Below, piece after piece: positions 25,151-38,700 of a DNA stretch of 64,000 bases (position 1 is its first letter; the number at the start of each line of letters is the position of its first letter). The stretch is taken from NCBI GenBank assembly GCA_012295275.1, contig CM022679.1:11346001-11410000 (forward strand), given 5' to 3'. Made by a program: the position numbers and the translations under genes. Origin of the DNA: Chrysomallon squamiferum. Taxonomy: Eukaryota; Animalia; Mollusca. The notes below the pieces were generated by a model that saw only the letters and a list, made by a program, of their open reading frames with translations, did no database searches and had not been told where the DNA came from.

Positions 25151-28100
25151 CTATATTAATAAAACAGATAATTTAATGCAAATACAAAAAAGTATATACA
25201 AAACTACTGTAATCATTTCAAAACAAGACTACGTGTAATCCATTCCAAAAATTAGAATATTATAACCTTAGCTAAGTATTTGTAACCCTATAATAAGTGG
25301 AAATGTTTTGGAGAATTATATAAATGTGCAGATTAGCCTATTTTGTTATTGTTATATTTTTTCTCATAATCACTGTAATATATCACTAAAACTGCAGTCT
25401 ATTTTGAAGTTATAGATAAAAATTTAAACAATATGAGTAGTTAAATCAATAGTTTTTGACAGCAATTTAACTATGCTGTTAAACACAGCAAAACAAATAA
25501 TCAGCACTACTATTTCTGTTACATGCAGATATTTCAGTAGTTCAACAACTTAGTTATATGTATTCTGGAAAACATTTTCTTTTTATTAAAAAATAATTTG
25601 TACTACTGAAAATTTGAGATTAATTAAAGAAAACAAAGACTGGCTGACAGATGAAACATTTAAAGTAGCTCCTCAGCAGTTTTATCAGACTTATACAACT
25701 AAATTTTTGTAGAATAAGTTTCCCCTCAAATGATTACATTTTGCTTATGAATAATTCAGAGGAAACATATCATCAAGTTTGGAATCAAGCTCTACTAAAG
25801 GACAAAACAATCAGACCCAGTATCAAAAAATTCTATTAAGAGAAATTTATTTATATTAATGGAGAATGTTTATTAACTAAAACACACTTACAAATACAGT
25901 ATGCTGCATCTCCAGAAGGCACTTTTGATTCAGGACATTTAAGGCAAATAGATTGTCCAGACTTATTTTGGTACTTCCCTTTTTCACACAGCTCACAATA
26001 AGAAGAATTTACAAACTTTGTTCCTGGTGGACATTCAACTTTAATAAAACACAGAATCAGCAATCACTTTTCTATTTGATATACCAATGTGTGTCTATGT
26101 TTTTTAATAAACAATACAGGTATTATCTACATATAGGACAATGATAAAAGTAACATCTAAAGTCTTGCAACTATTTATTCTATTTTTTATTTGTTGCATA
26201 TGTATTGCTGAGATCCTTAAGAACTTCTAATCAAAACTTAAATCATAAATAGTGAAGATTTTATAAAAAAAAAACGTGTACATAATGTATGATGTTATCG
26301 TTTTTATTCATTATTTGGATATACAATTTTCTTTTGAAAACATTTTAAAGTTTAGCACTTACCACATTCATTTTTGTCCAAAATTGATCCAGGTCTACAT
26401 ATTTTTGATGTAGATATATCTGTAATGCCATCATAAGAAATACCATTGCTTTTCTGAAATATTATAAATAATAAAAAATATATAATAATAATTGAAATAT
26501 CTAAGAACATATTTTTTCAAAGTATTTCTGAAAGTTTATTCCATAAATAAGAAAAACAATTTACATATAACTGACAATTCACCTACATCTTTTAAGTTTT
26601 TTGATCACTGAATTATTAAGACAATATTTCTGAATATCAAATTTTTGTTCTATGTCTTATAATCATGCTTAAAATCTTGAAAGGCAGCTCAGCAACTTAG
26701 CAACAAAAGCAAGTATATTTACTTTATTTCATTTAAAATATTACCAATTCTTTTGTATCCAGTTGTGTTTCTTTAGCTAAAGCAGTTCTAAAAACTTGTT
26801 CAGCAGAATGTTTCAGGCTTCCATTATTTAGAACTTCACTGTGAAAAAACATGAACTTAATAATAAACAATAAATTCAACTAAGGAAAACAAACAGTTAG
26901 GATGACAAACTTTTAATTTCTTTCTAATTACAAATAAATATAAAAATTAAATTGTTCAGTTTCAAAATAATTTGTATTTACTTAGTTTCAAGAGAATATT
27001 TTTTAATTTATTCCCTGCTTTGCTTTCTTAGATAAAATTTTAATAAACGTGATTAAGAAACAAAATTATTGCAAGCCTGGTTATTTCTGGCTAAACACAG
27101 GAAACATCAAAGTGGTATCACCTTACATGTCAAGAACATATTTTCACAGTAAATTTTAATTATTATTAATTTCCTTATCAGCAATAAAAAAAAAAAGGAG
27201 AATTATTTTATATGAGCTACCATGCGTTATATGCAATGAGTATAACAGTTAAAAAAAAAAAAAATCTATTAAAATGAAAAATTGGGGATTTTATCTCTAT
27301 TCAGAATTTTTAAAAATAAGTATTATTACAAAATGCAGATTTTTTTTTCTTGAATATTGCATATGAATTTTATTATAAAATGGTATTTAGTTTTGTATTT
27401 TTAAAGACATTAATAATAATAATTATATTTATAAAGGTAGATATGAGAATGAAGAATTTGTTGCAATTTCACTGAAATTAAAAATTTTTTTCTCTTAGTA
27501 CTCTAAAACTGAAACAGCAGTTTGACAGTGCAGGTCAAACATTAACAGTGTTGCAAAATAGTCTGCTCTGGGTGTTTAAAAAAAAAATTAAAAACTATAT
27601 AAATAAATAAATTCTAGATGGGTTCAAGAAGAAAACTGTTAAAAAGTGAAAATAATGAAAACTGACTTACGGTACATCATCAATAACAAGTGTTGCAGTA
27701 ACTGGTTTAGTATTAGTTTCTCTGCGGCGTCTTCCACTGTTACAGGCTGTTGGTAATTTAACTTCTATTTTAATATTTGTGCACTGTACATTCCATCCAC
27801 CACAGGTACTGGATACAATTGATTCAATGAAATCTTTCAAAACAGCTATCACTTGTTGTGGATTATCACATGTCGCTACTCTGAATTGAAATGACATGTT
27901 GATTTTGATGTATCCAACAGGTTTCTGAGGCACTGCAAAATAAAAATTTACCTCTATTATATTGTGTTGTAAAGACATATCAAAATTCAAATAGCTGAGA
28001 TACTGTTTAATTGTTTAACTTTTTCTTTTTAAGGAAACTAAAACTTTCATTTTATTATTTAAGTTTATCAATCTAATAATAAAAAACATTTATCTGAAGT

Positions 28101-31100
28101 CAAATGATTTAATGATCTAAAAGGCTGATTACTCTAATTTTTTACTAGTTTACTACAAGGAATGAGAAATATAAAGTTTCCAACAGAATTTTCATATTCT
28201 AGTGTACTACATTAATTATTATTCTACCATAACATGGCAAAATTTCTTGACTGTGATTGACTAACTAATGAATTTAGAGTTTAAAAATCCTTCTGATTTA
28301 ATGAGGCCAATTTATATGCAAACATATATAAAATGATGCAGATGTCTATCCAATTAGCATCAAGTTTGGCATTAGCTGTTGTGTTTTAACAACATATACC
28401 AGAAAATTTTGTCATTGACCAAATTATTTTGCATTAAAGTGGTTCATGTGAGTTAAAAAAGATCTTTTTAGTTACTTGTGGCTGTTTAATTTTTATAGAA
28501 TCATAATTGTGCTCGACTACTCACTTACTCACTCCCCCCAAAAATCTTTGATGTCAGTTTCATAAAAATTATCAGCAATTGACTTATCACAAGTGGTAAA
28601 GGTGTAAAAGTTTCAGTAAATTTACAAAATGTCATTTCTGTTCTACCTGTTCATTCTTTTTTGCTATGGTTACTGAAATAGTCTCAGGTTTTAAAAGTTT
28701 TAGTCATGATAGAATGGAGATAAATTAACTGAAGAATGGAAGAATGGAAATAATCCTACAATTATTTAATTTCTGAGGTAGATGATCAAGGACTGAACAC
28801 CAATATATTTAGCATTTACAACTGCCATTTAGAAAGAATTCAATCAATGGTCAGCTACGTCAGAAATTAAATCAGAATAGGTACATCTCTTAATTCCATT
28901 CTGTTGAATATTTTGTGTATATTTCAAGGTAAATCAGAAAATATACCTTTTGATTCAACACATTTGTCAGCTCCTTTTTGTATTGTTGTCCAGCCATCAG
29001 GACATATAATGCAACTGAATGATTCACCTTTCTTCCGATATTCCCCAATTTTACAAATTCTACATGTTTCATTATTTGTCAGTCCTACATATTCTGTTCC
29101 TGATGGACAATCAACTGAAAAAAGGAATAATATTCAACTGTTGACTTGCCATAAATATATTTTAAAGATCAGTTCTTAAAAAACTAATTTGAGATTATTA
29201 GGTAGTTAAAATGGTTTTAAACCAAATCAAAGGATAATACTGCCTATAAAATAGAAAATATTTGTTTTCACTGAGAAATAAATATTTCTGAATCCTAATA
29301 AAAAAAACTGAAAATTATTAAATAAATATAATCTTTATTAATGTTGTGGATATAGTCAGTCTCAAGTTTCTCTTCTTATTTGAATCATGTCCAAATTCAC
29401 AGAAATAAAATTGTTATTATCTAGTTGTTTATTCTAAAAGCAGTTTTGTTTAATAATTATTTTATGTAAAAACGAGTAAAACTGATACAATAAATAGAAG
29501 ACATTATGATGAAAAATACTCATAAAATAAAATAATTTTAGTACTATGCCACAAATTTTGCATTACTATATGACTGAATAAATAATTTATGTTCTGTATT
29601 TATGAATTGAATTAATAATTGCATCTTATTAATTAATTGATGAAAAAAATATATATTATTCATTATTAACTCCTTGTTTATACTTCAAACTTTTTATTAC
29701 TAGTATAAAAAAAAAATCCAAAAACATTTTCTCATTAAAAGAATCTTAACAAAAAACACAAACGATTAAGAAAGAAATTGTTATTAATAAAAACATAAAA
29801 AATAAAAAACATATTGATACCCAGTTACTATTTTCATGCTCCTGTTGGATTTATAAGCATAAATTATATTAGCCTATGCCTCTTGAAATAAAAGGTACTT
29901 ACTGACACAACTTTTTACTGATTTGGCTCCTGTAATCATTGTTATGTTATGATCACCAGGACACTGTTTGCATGATGTCTGAGATGTTTCATTCTGGTAG
30001 TAATTAAATGGACATTCACTGCATCCTTTTTCTCCCACTTTTCTAAAGTATCCAGCTTCACAATCAGCTATAGAAATACCCAAATTTAATCTAATTACAT
30101 ATGTGTTTGATTATGTCTCAGTCTTTAAATTTAAAAAGAAAAACTCAGTCTTTAAGTTTAAAAGAAAAACAGCTACAGTTTCAAAATATTTTACACAGAA
30201 CTTACTTATATAAAATTCTAATTCACATGAAACACAAGTTATTTACAAGCATGAGCACATACTTTGACTTTTTTAAAACTATACCCACACATTCATCTGG
30301 GTTAATATATTTATTTACTGATAAATGCTAAATATAAAATAATATTTTATTTTCAGTATTATACTTTATAATTTTATTTTTATTCAAAAAAATTTAAACT
30401 GATTTAAACTTAGAATATTACAACCCAATAGAATGCAATAAACATATATAAACTTATAAAGAGCTTGATTAATGTTCCAATCAATAGATATTGTTTGTAT
30501 TGTTTTCACTTTTTCAGTTATTATGGACTATTTTACTTTGGTCTGCATCCCCAAGATTTTCTCTCAAATACAGCCATAGAATTAACTGTCAGTCAGTAAA
30601 CAATGCATATAAATGATTTAACTGTCTCAGTAAAATGTATTGAAGTTTATTTTAAAATTAATATAGGTCTACTAATTCTATAATTTAATCATTTAAGATA
30701 ATATCATTTTAATTTTTCTCATGATAATATATTTTTCTTAATAAACATAATTTATTATCAGTATGTTTATAGTAAGTACTAACTCAAGTTGCAGAAGGAT
30801 GAGGATGTTGCTCCCTTCTCTGCTGTTGTTTTCTTATCAGGACACGGTTTACATTTTTCTTCTACTCCATATTTATCTTTGTATGTTCCCAGTTCACAGG
30901 GTAGACAAGTTTTATTAATCTTTATCAAATATTTACCAGGTGGACACATAGCTGTACAAGGAAATAAAATGTATTAAAAGGAAATATAAATACAAATAAA
31001 AACATAAATGTTGTTGTTTTTGTTTTGTTTTTTATTTTTTTTTATAAATAAATTTATCATTCTCCTCTTTGTTTAAATCTTCTAAACTCATCAAATTAAT

Positions 31101-31712
31101 CTGACTTGATATACCAAAACTTTTTTGTTTTAGTTTAGAAACAACACTGAAAGATTAAATATCTCAGTTTATTATTAGCTGAAGGATATCCATTGAAAAG
31201 ACAGGAAATTCAAATATGGGACACAGTTTGAATCTTTTAAAATTGTGCTCTCTCAGGAACACTTATCTTTCAAACCACACTACAATCCAAGCTCACCAGG
31301 AACAAAACTTTCAAGGTAACAAATATACGTTCAAATATATTATTAAAATATATCACTTTTATATTTTTTGTTTTATATTTCATGTTAAAAATATACTAGT
31401 GTAAAATAAATTGGGATTAATTAATGACTAAATTTCATAACATAAAATGCATTATATTCCTAGATTTGTTCAAATAAGCAATAAAATTCTTGATGCTGCA
31501 ACATACATACATACATAGAGATAAAATGTATGTATATGTGTGTATGTATGTATGTGTGTGTGTATATATATATATATGTACACACACACATACACACACA
31601 CAGACATATATTTTTTTGTTAGGGAAGTCATCTGTGCAAAGTATAAAAAACAACAACATATATACTGAGATATACACACAAACTTAAGAAATAAATATAC
31701 AAATGCACGCAT

Positions 31713-31758
<46 letters not shown>

Positions 31759-32668
31759 ACTAATACACTGAGTTTCATTGACTGATCCTTCATTTTCAGT
31801 AGTAAAATATCTCCAGAACAAAGTATGCAGGATGTCATTCCACGCTCAGGCTGGTACTGGCCTTTTGGACACAGATAACATGTGTTACTATCTCTGTATG
31901 ACCCAGCATTACACACAACTGTAAGGAAATGAAATAAACAAGGGAATACTGAAATCAGTTTTGAGGGATAAATTAGAATATTAAAGCTATTATTTAATAT
32001 TTAAGAAAATAATGTTAGGAAGCTTTGAATTAGAAATTTTTGGTGAAATGCATATGTAAAATAATTGTTCTGCATGTGCAAGTATTTGTTAGTTTATGAA
32101 ACCGAAAATGTGCAATAATCTGACCTAAAGTGCAGATTGCTGCATCTTAAAAAAAAAACAACTAGTTCCGAAATAATAAAACTAAAACAATTTAATTATT
32201 ATCTTTTTTGTTTTTTATTTTAATTCATAAAAAAACTAACATTTTAAGAGTAAAAAACATACAGTTAGTTCATAACCAATCCAGCATTTAGTAGCCTAAT
32301 TAGATTTTATTACTAATCCACCAAAACTTAGCAAGCCTGTACTCCAAATTTCATAAATTATGTGTGATCCTAACTTATGAAAAATCCCAGGTACTGGATT
32401 ACTAACAGTATTTACAAACATACCAACTGAACAGTCTGATTCATCTGTAGAAGCTTGACTACTTGTTGTATAATTTTCATTACACAAAGTGCATTTGTCA
32501 TTGCCTGACTTGAACTTGTAGCTACCAACATCACATGGGTGACATGATTCAGATAAACCATAAAATCCTGGAAGACAATACACTGAAAAAAACAAAAAAA
32601 AAATTATAAGAACAGAAACAATAATGCATGGATTTATAATCATAATCAGAATTATAAACCTCCTTAAT

Positions 32669-32712
<44 letters not shown>

Positions 32713-35700
32713 CAAACAAATTAACATTCAATTTGTTCAAGTATATGTTAGACTGCTAATAGTGTCAGAATAATTAAGTTGGTTAAAATGATACAAAACA
32801 TTTGTATATAAATAAGGTACAGTTTTTTTTTATAAATAATTCTAAAATTTTTACTAGTTTTTTATTTAGTTCTATTTACAACATATAAGATTCATATTTG
32901 GCCAAATTAATTACAGAGTAATATATAAAATAAACAATGCTTACATATACTGCAATTATTTTCTGATTGTGATCCAATGCTAGCTGTAGTTTTATTTCCA
33001 GGACAGATGCTACAAACTGTATTACCTCGAACACTCTTATAAAAACCAATTTTACACAAAGAACATTGTTGTGATTTGTTCAGATATTCAGCTCCTATGG
33101 CACAAAACACTGGAAACAAAAGAGCATAAAAATTAATGATTACTTTTTCAAGTCAGTTTGATAAAATAATAATTATAAATAAGACCTATCAGATAAAAAG
33201 ATATGAAGTTAAAAATTAAAATGATAAAGATAGACAATTGATTTCAAAAGAAGCAAGATGACAGGTTTAGAAAAACAATTGTTTTAGTGTCCTAAACATT
33301 TGTTTTTTAGTTATTGAAAATTAATTTTAAGTTACTCAAAACTATATAGTTTTTTCATACAATGATGAATGCAAAAAGTAATTATAGCTGCTAGATATCA
33401 AAATAGATGGATTTTGTTTTATAATAAACATTTGTTTCTCTGATATTTACTCTAATTCAACTAGATCTTAATCAGACCATATTAGTGTGGAAAATAATGT
33501 CACAGTTTACTACAGATTTTCATAACATATTAACACTGGCTACTTACCAGAGCCTGTGCAGTCTGTATGGTCATCATTGGATGTCTGGTTGTTATTACAT
33601 TGTTTACATTTTCCATTGCCATTAAAACTTTTGACAAAATCATCTTTACAAGGCACACATCTTCCACTTGGTCCCTCAAAACCTGGTTTACATGAGACTG
33701 AAAAATAATAAAAAAGACTCCTGCAATTTCATTGAAAACATAAATCATAAAACTAGACGTGATCCTAATTTACATAATTATTATTATCTATTTTAATGTT
33801 TCTACTTCATATAATTATATAAAAATAAATTCATAAGAGCATCAGAAAATTGTCTGGTTCCAAAATTAGTCATTTTAGTATGCAAAACTGAAAAAAACAG
33901 AATTGATTATTTACTATATCACTTTGACTTTTTGTAACTGATGTTTCTACATTATATAATTAAAAATATTTGCTTGCAAAATATTCAAAAAACCCTCCTG
34001 AAATAAAACTGTCTCATCCCCAAAACATTTACTTTAATGTAAAACCATAAAAACAGAACTATTTAATCTGTAAAAAACTAAAAACAATGCTATTCTTTCT
34101 CTAATTCAATAAACTAGTATATGGATTTCATTATATCCAAACATCAAAATTGATATATCTGTTTTGACCTTTATTTTTCCATTGTGTATAATTATTATTA
34201 TTATTATTATTATTATTATTTTAAATTTCCTTGAGTTTAAATACTGTTACAATAATAATAAAAAAATTAAATAATATGCAGTTTGGCATATTCAGGTTTA
34301 CATTAAAATTAGTAGTGATTCCTCTTTACTCCAAACATTTTGACTACTTACATTTGTTATGCTTAAATAAGTTCAAAGTTGAATACATTTTTGGGTCATT
34401 TTGGGGGCTTTAACTTTACAATTCAGTTCTAAATGCCATTTAGTAGAGCTAAATTCATGATAACCTATTTCCCAAATAAAATTGGGGAATATTTATCTAT
34501 CATTTATAATGTCAGTTTTTCATCATCTAAAGATATGATATTGATAAGTAAAATTAAATTCTAAATATGAGAATTATATAGAGTCTTGATACTTTATTAA
34601 ACTTACTAGTGCACTGATCTTTACTGGAAGCTCCTGTAACTGATGTATTAAGGTTTGTTCCACATGGTTTGCAGTCATATTGTCTAGGAACATCCTGGTA
34701 TTCTCCATAAGGACAAGGTACACAAGTGTCATTACTTATTTTTGTTCCAACTGGACAATCTCCTGTAAAGTACAAAATCAGTAATTTCACAATTTTATTA
34801 GTAATGATAAATCCTTATTGAAAAAAATAATGTTATACAAAGACTTTCTCAATGAATTTCAGTGAATGTGTAGATGAAGTAAGACTTTACCTTCAGCAGC
34901 TGTTGCTGAATATCTAAGAAGTATTGCTGAATGTGTCGTTATAGACACTAAACAATTCTATTTTCAAACAATGTTGAAGGTGATATTCTTTTCTTCTGTT
35001 TGAATCATTTTGATAATCTTAGTTCATAACTGATATTTTTCAACTGTACCCTTTAGATATGTTATGTTATTAAAAAGAATGACAGCAAAAATCAACAAAA
35101 ACAACTTTAAAGCATGTAAAAAATATTATGATAATTTGTTTTCTTATCACCAAAGATATATTTAATAATTACTAATTTTGCAATCTTCCTTTGACTTAGC
35201 TCCATCAGTTTCTGTAGTATATTCACTTGGACAAGCAGTGCACTTTTCAAAGCGAGTCTCAAAGACTATCATTGTGATAAAATCCAGTTAAACACTTTCT
35301 ACATGTTTTAGGTTTCTCTGGGTTTTCTTCAAAGCCAGACTTACAGACAACTGAAAAATATTGTCATAATTAATTGTCAAAATCAGATCTTTGACAAATT
35401 CATATAATTATTTTGCAGCAGATTATGTCTTTATAAAAATACTTTGCAGAAAAATCTTTTCATGTGCTTAATGCAGAAATATTTCATAAATACTTTAATT
35501 ACTTACACCTGCAGTCATCTGAAGATAGTGATTTTTCAAATTCAGTTGTGTAATTTTCTTCACATTTGATACATTTGAATTTCCATTTGTCAGGTTGATA
35601 CTGACCATAAGGACAAGGAACACATGTTTTTTCAGTTGTATTTATGAAGTGTCCTTTGGTACAGTCGGCTAAAAATATAAAAAAGATATGAAGCATATTT

Positions 35701-38700
35701 TTAAGAATGGATTCTGTGTTTGTGTGTGTATGAATGTGTATGGTCATTGTCTATTTTATATACATATTAAAAGTAAAAATATAAAGAAGTAAAAATCAAA
35801 AAATAGAAAAAAGTAGTTAATTTTCAGATGTACAAGAAAGACATACACAGATATGAACTAAAAAAGAAACAACAAACAATACACCCAAAAGAATAATTAT
35901 TTTATTATACAGCATTCCAAACAATTGCAAAACATCAAATATACATCATTTCTTATTTCAATTTTCAATTAAATAAATAAAAATAAAGTCATCAAACAAC
36001 AAAAAAATGTTCATACGCAAATCACAGTCAGAAACAGATGAAGATTTGCTTTTCAGTGTTGTGTTCCCTTCAGGACATTTTTGACATGCATCTTGCAGAG
36101 TTTGTGTACGATAATATCCTTGTTCACATTCTGTACAGGTACCATTTGCATTTAGTTCTGTTCCAGAAGGACAGTCATCTGAAATTAATAATTGAATGAC
36201 TAGATTATTTCTTATACAAGAATTTAAAGAATAAATATAACAACAACAATATATATGAATTTGCTTTAGATTTGGGTTTTTAAAATATATTTTACTATAA
36301 ATGTGACACCACAAAACTATTTAATGCATAGGTTTATTGTCACATTGATAAATGTATGCAAAATAATTATTAGTCTCTGATAAATAATGTTTTCAGAAAA
36401 GATATAATTGTACATTCATTTTTTTATTCCTCTTTTATCACAAAACAATATGTTAATAAGACTTGGTTCATACCAAAACATTTGTCTTTTGAATCTGTTT
36501 TGGGTTCCTTTGTTCTCTTGCCCACTGGACAGGGAAGGCAGTAATTCTTTCCTTCTTCATTTTGATAATAATCTCTTGGACAGTCTGTACATTTTTTATT
36601 CTCATTCAAGTATTGGCCAACAGGACATTTATCTAAAAATAACCCAGTGAAATGGCATCTACATAACTTAAAATAACAAACTAAAAATGAATAAAACAAT
36701 ATTTTAAAATATATGGATGAAGAAAAAATGAAAGGCAATGTTGTTTCTTTTTTTTTTTTTTTACATAGTTCTTAATAAACCAAGATAATATAAGAACAGA
36801 GAATTCATCTCTAAAGAAAATGCCCTGTAATTCACATATGAAAATGTCTGTGAACTGTACTTTGTGATATATATATATATGTATATACTGCATAATTTTG
36901 CATTGTACATATTGTCTTTATTGTTTGCTTCTGGCAACCAATTATGGCTTGTAACAAAGTATAGTTATATTAAATTCTGAAAATATTTACAACACTCCCA
37001 GTTTCACAGTATAAATTTAAACCTATTGTCCTATTTTATATTTCTTTATTTTAAAGATTCTTTAAATTTAATAAAATCATTCTTAGACCATTAATATAAT
37101 ATTTATTGGAAAATAAATTGACCAACATAAGTAAAAATATTGTTTACTTTTAATTTTGTTTAATTATGTTCATAATTTGTTTGTTATTAATTTTGTGAGT
37201 TTTTATTGTTATTGTTCTATTTCAGGAGGTTTTGGTTGATCTTATTTGTTTGCTTATTTTGTTTTGTTCTTTTTTGTATTAGTTTGTTTTTATTTAAAAA
37301 TTCATTTATTTTTGTTACCACACATGCTTTCCTATAATTCTTTTATTTTAATATTAGAGAGTAAAATTATATTTATCATCTTACCAACACAGTCAGCTGA
37401 ATCTCTGCTTCCTTGCCTTAAAGTAGTCTTTCCCTGATCACACATTTGACAGGCAGTATTGTTAGGAGATGAACTGTAAGAGCCAACTTCACATAACACA
37501 CACTGCTTAATACTTGTGTTATAGAAAGAACCTGGTCCACACTGAACTGAAATTACAAAACACAGAAGAAACATCACACATTATCTTCATACATATAATG
37601 GATGAAAGTAATATCTCAACTTTTGTCAACAGATATATATAAAAAATTAAAAGCATTCTTTATATCTATTTACTATAAATGTAAGATTAAAATACATACC
37701 ACAATATTTTCCGACAATCACATAACCGACTGTGTCACATGAAACAAACTCATCAAATACTGATTCATTTTTCAAGAGTATAGCAAAAGCAACAGTCTGA
37801 AATGAATGATGTGAAATGAAAAATTATTTTAAACTACTCATCCCATATACAAATATGTACAAACAAACTGACACATACAGTTATGTATAATAAATGTTTC
37901 CATTTGATGTTGGATTTTGCTCATTTATTTTATTTAAATTAAATTTAACATTTATTAACAGACATTCATAAACAATTTTCTAACACCTCATGCTGTAAAT
38001 ACTTGGTTGTAGCTGAAAAGGAGATGAGCTTCATGGAAAATTAAAACCTAAAAAATTAAAAATGTGACCTAAAATATTTTTCAAGTTATTTTATTTAAAT
38101 ATGAAAAATTAGTTAACATCTATTTCTTCTGATATGTTAACAATTATCTGTTTCTTCTGATATGTTAACAGTTTTATTCCTTTGTGTTTTAAAAATGATA
38201 CAAAACTAACATTTTGCTTTCTTTTTTTTTATGAATGCATTATGTTCAGCCATTTTCAAATAACATTATCTTAATATCAAGTTACATTATCTTAACATCC
38301 TGCTGTGAAAGAAAAATAAAGATAGAACATTCTTGTTGCTATGAATTGGGCAAAAATAGTCCAAAAATTTATTTATCTGTCAAAATAAATTATTTCTTTT
38401 ACAAAATTTAAAAGACATTATTAACTTCATAGCACACAAAAATATGCTCTACACTAAACCATCATACTTTAAGGTTTTTTAAAATTATTTTTATTTATTT
38501 ATTGCAAAACAAAACTACATCATTATTGTACATGCTCCTTGAATTAAAATGATATAAAATGTTAATGAAATGCTTTAAAGAAACACTTACAACTCACAAA
38601 ATTGGAAATATCACCTGCAGTCTATGTCTTACTTTTCTATACAGTAGAGCTTCAAGATCCAGTTATATTTAGAGTAATGTATATTCAAAGTTATTGCCAG

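Noticed and set aside
31435-31760. ORFs rich in VC/YI/HT dipeptides
   Set aside because: Dinucleotide microsatellite translations.
38123-38171. 20-bp direct repeat TTTCTTCTGATATGTTAACA x2
   Set aside because: Only two units in an intron; ordinary slippage duplication.
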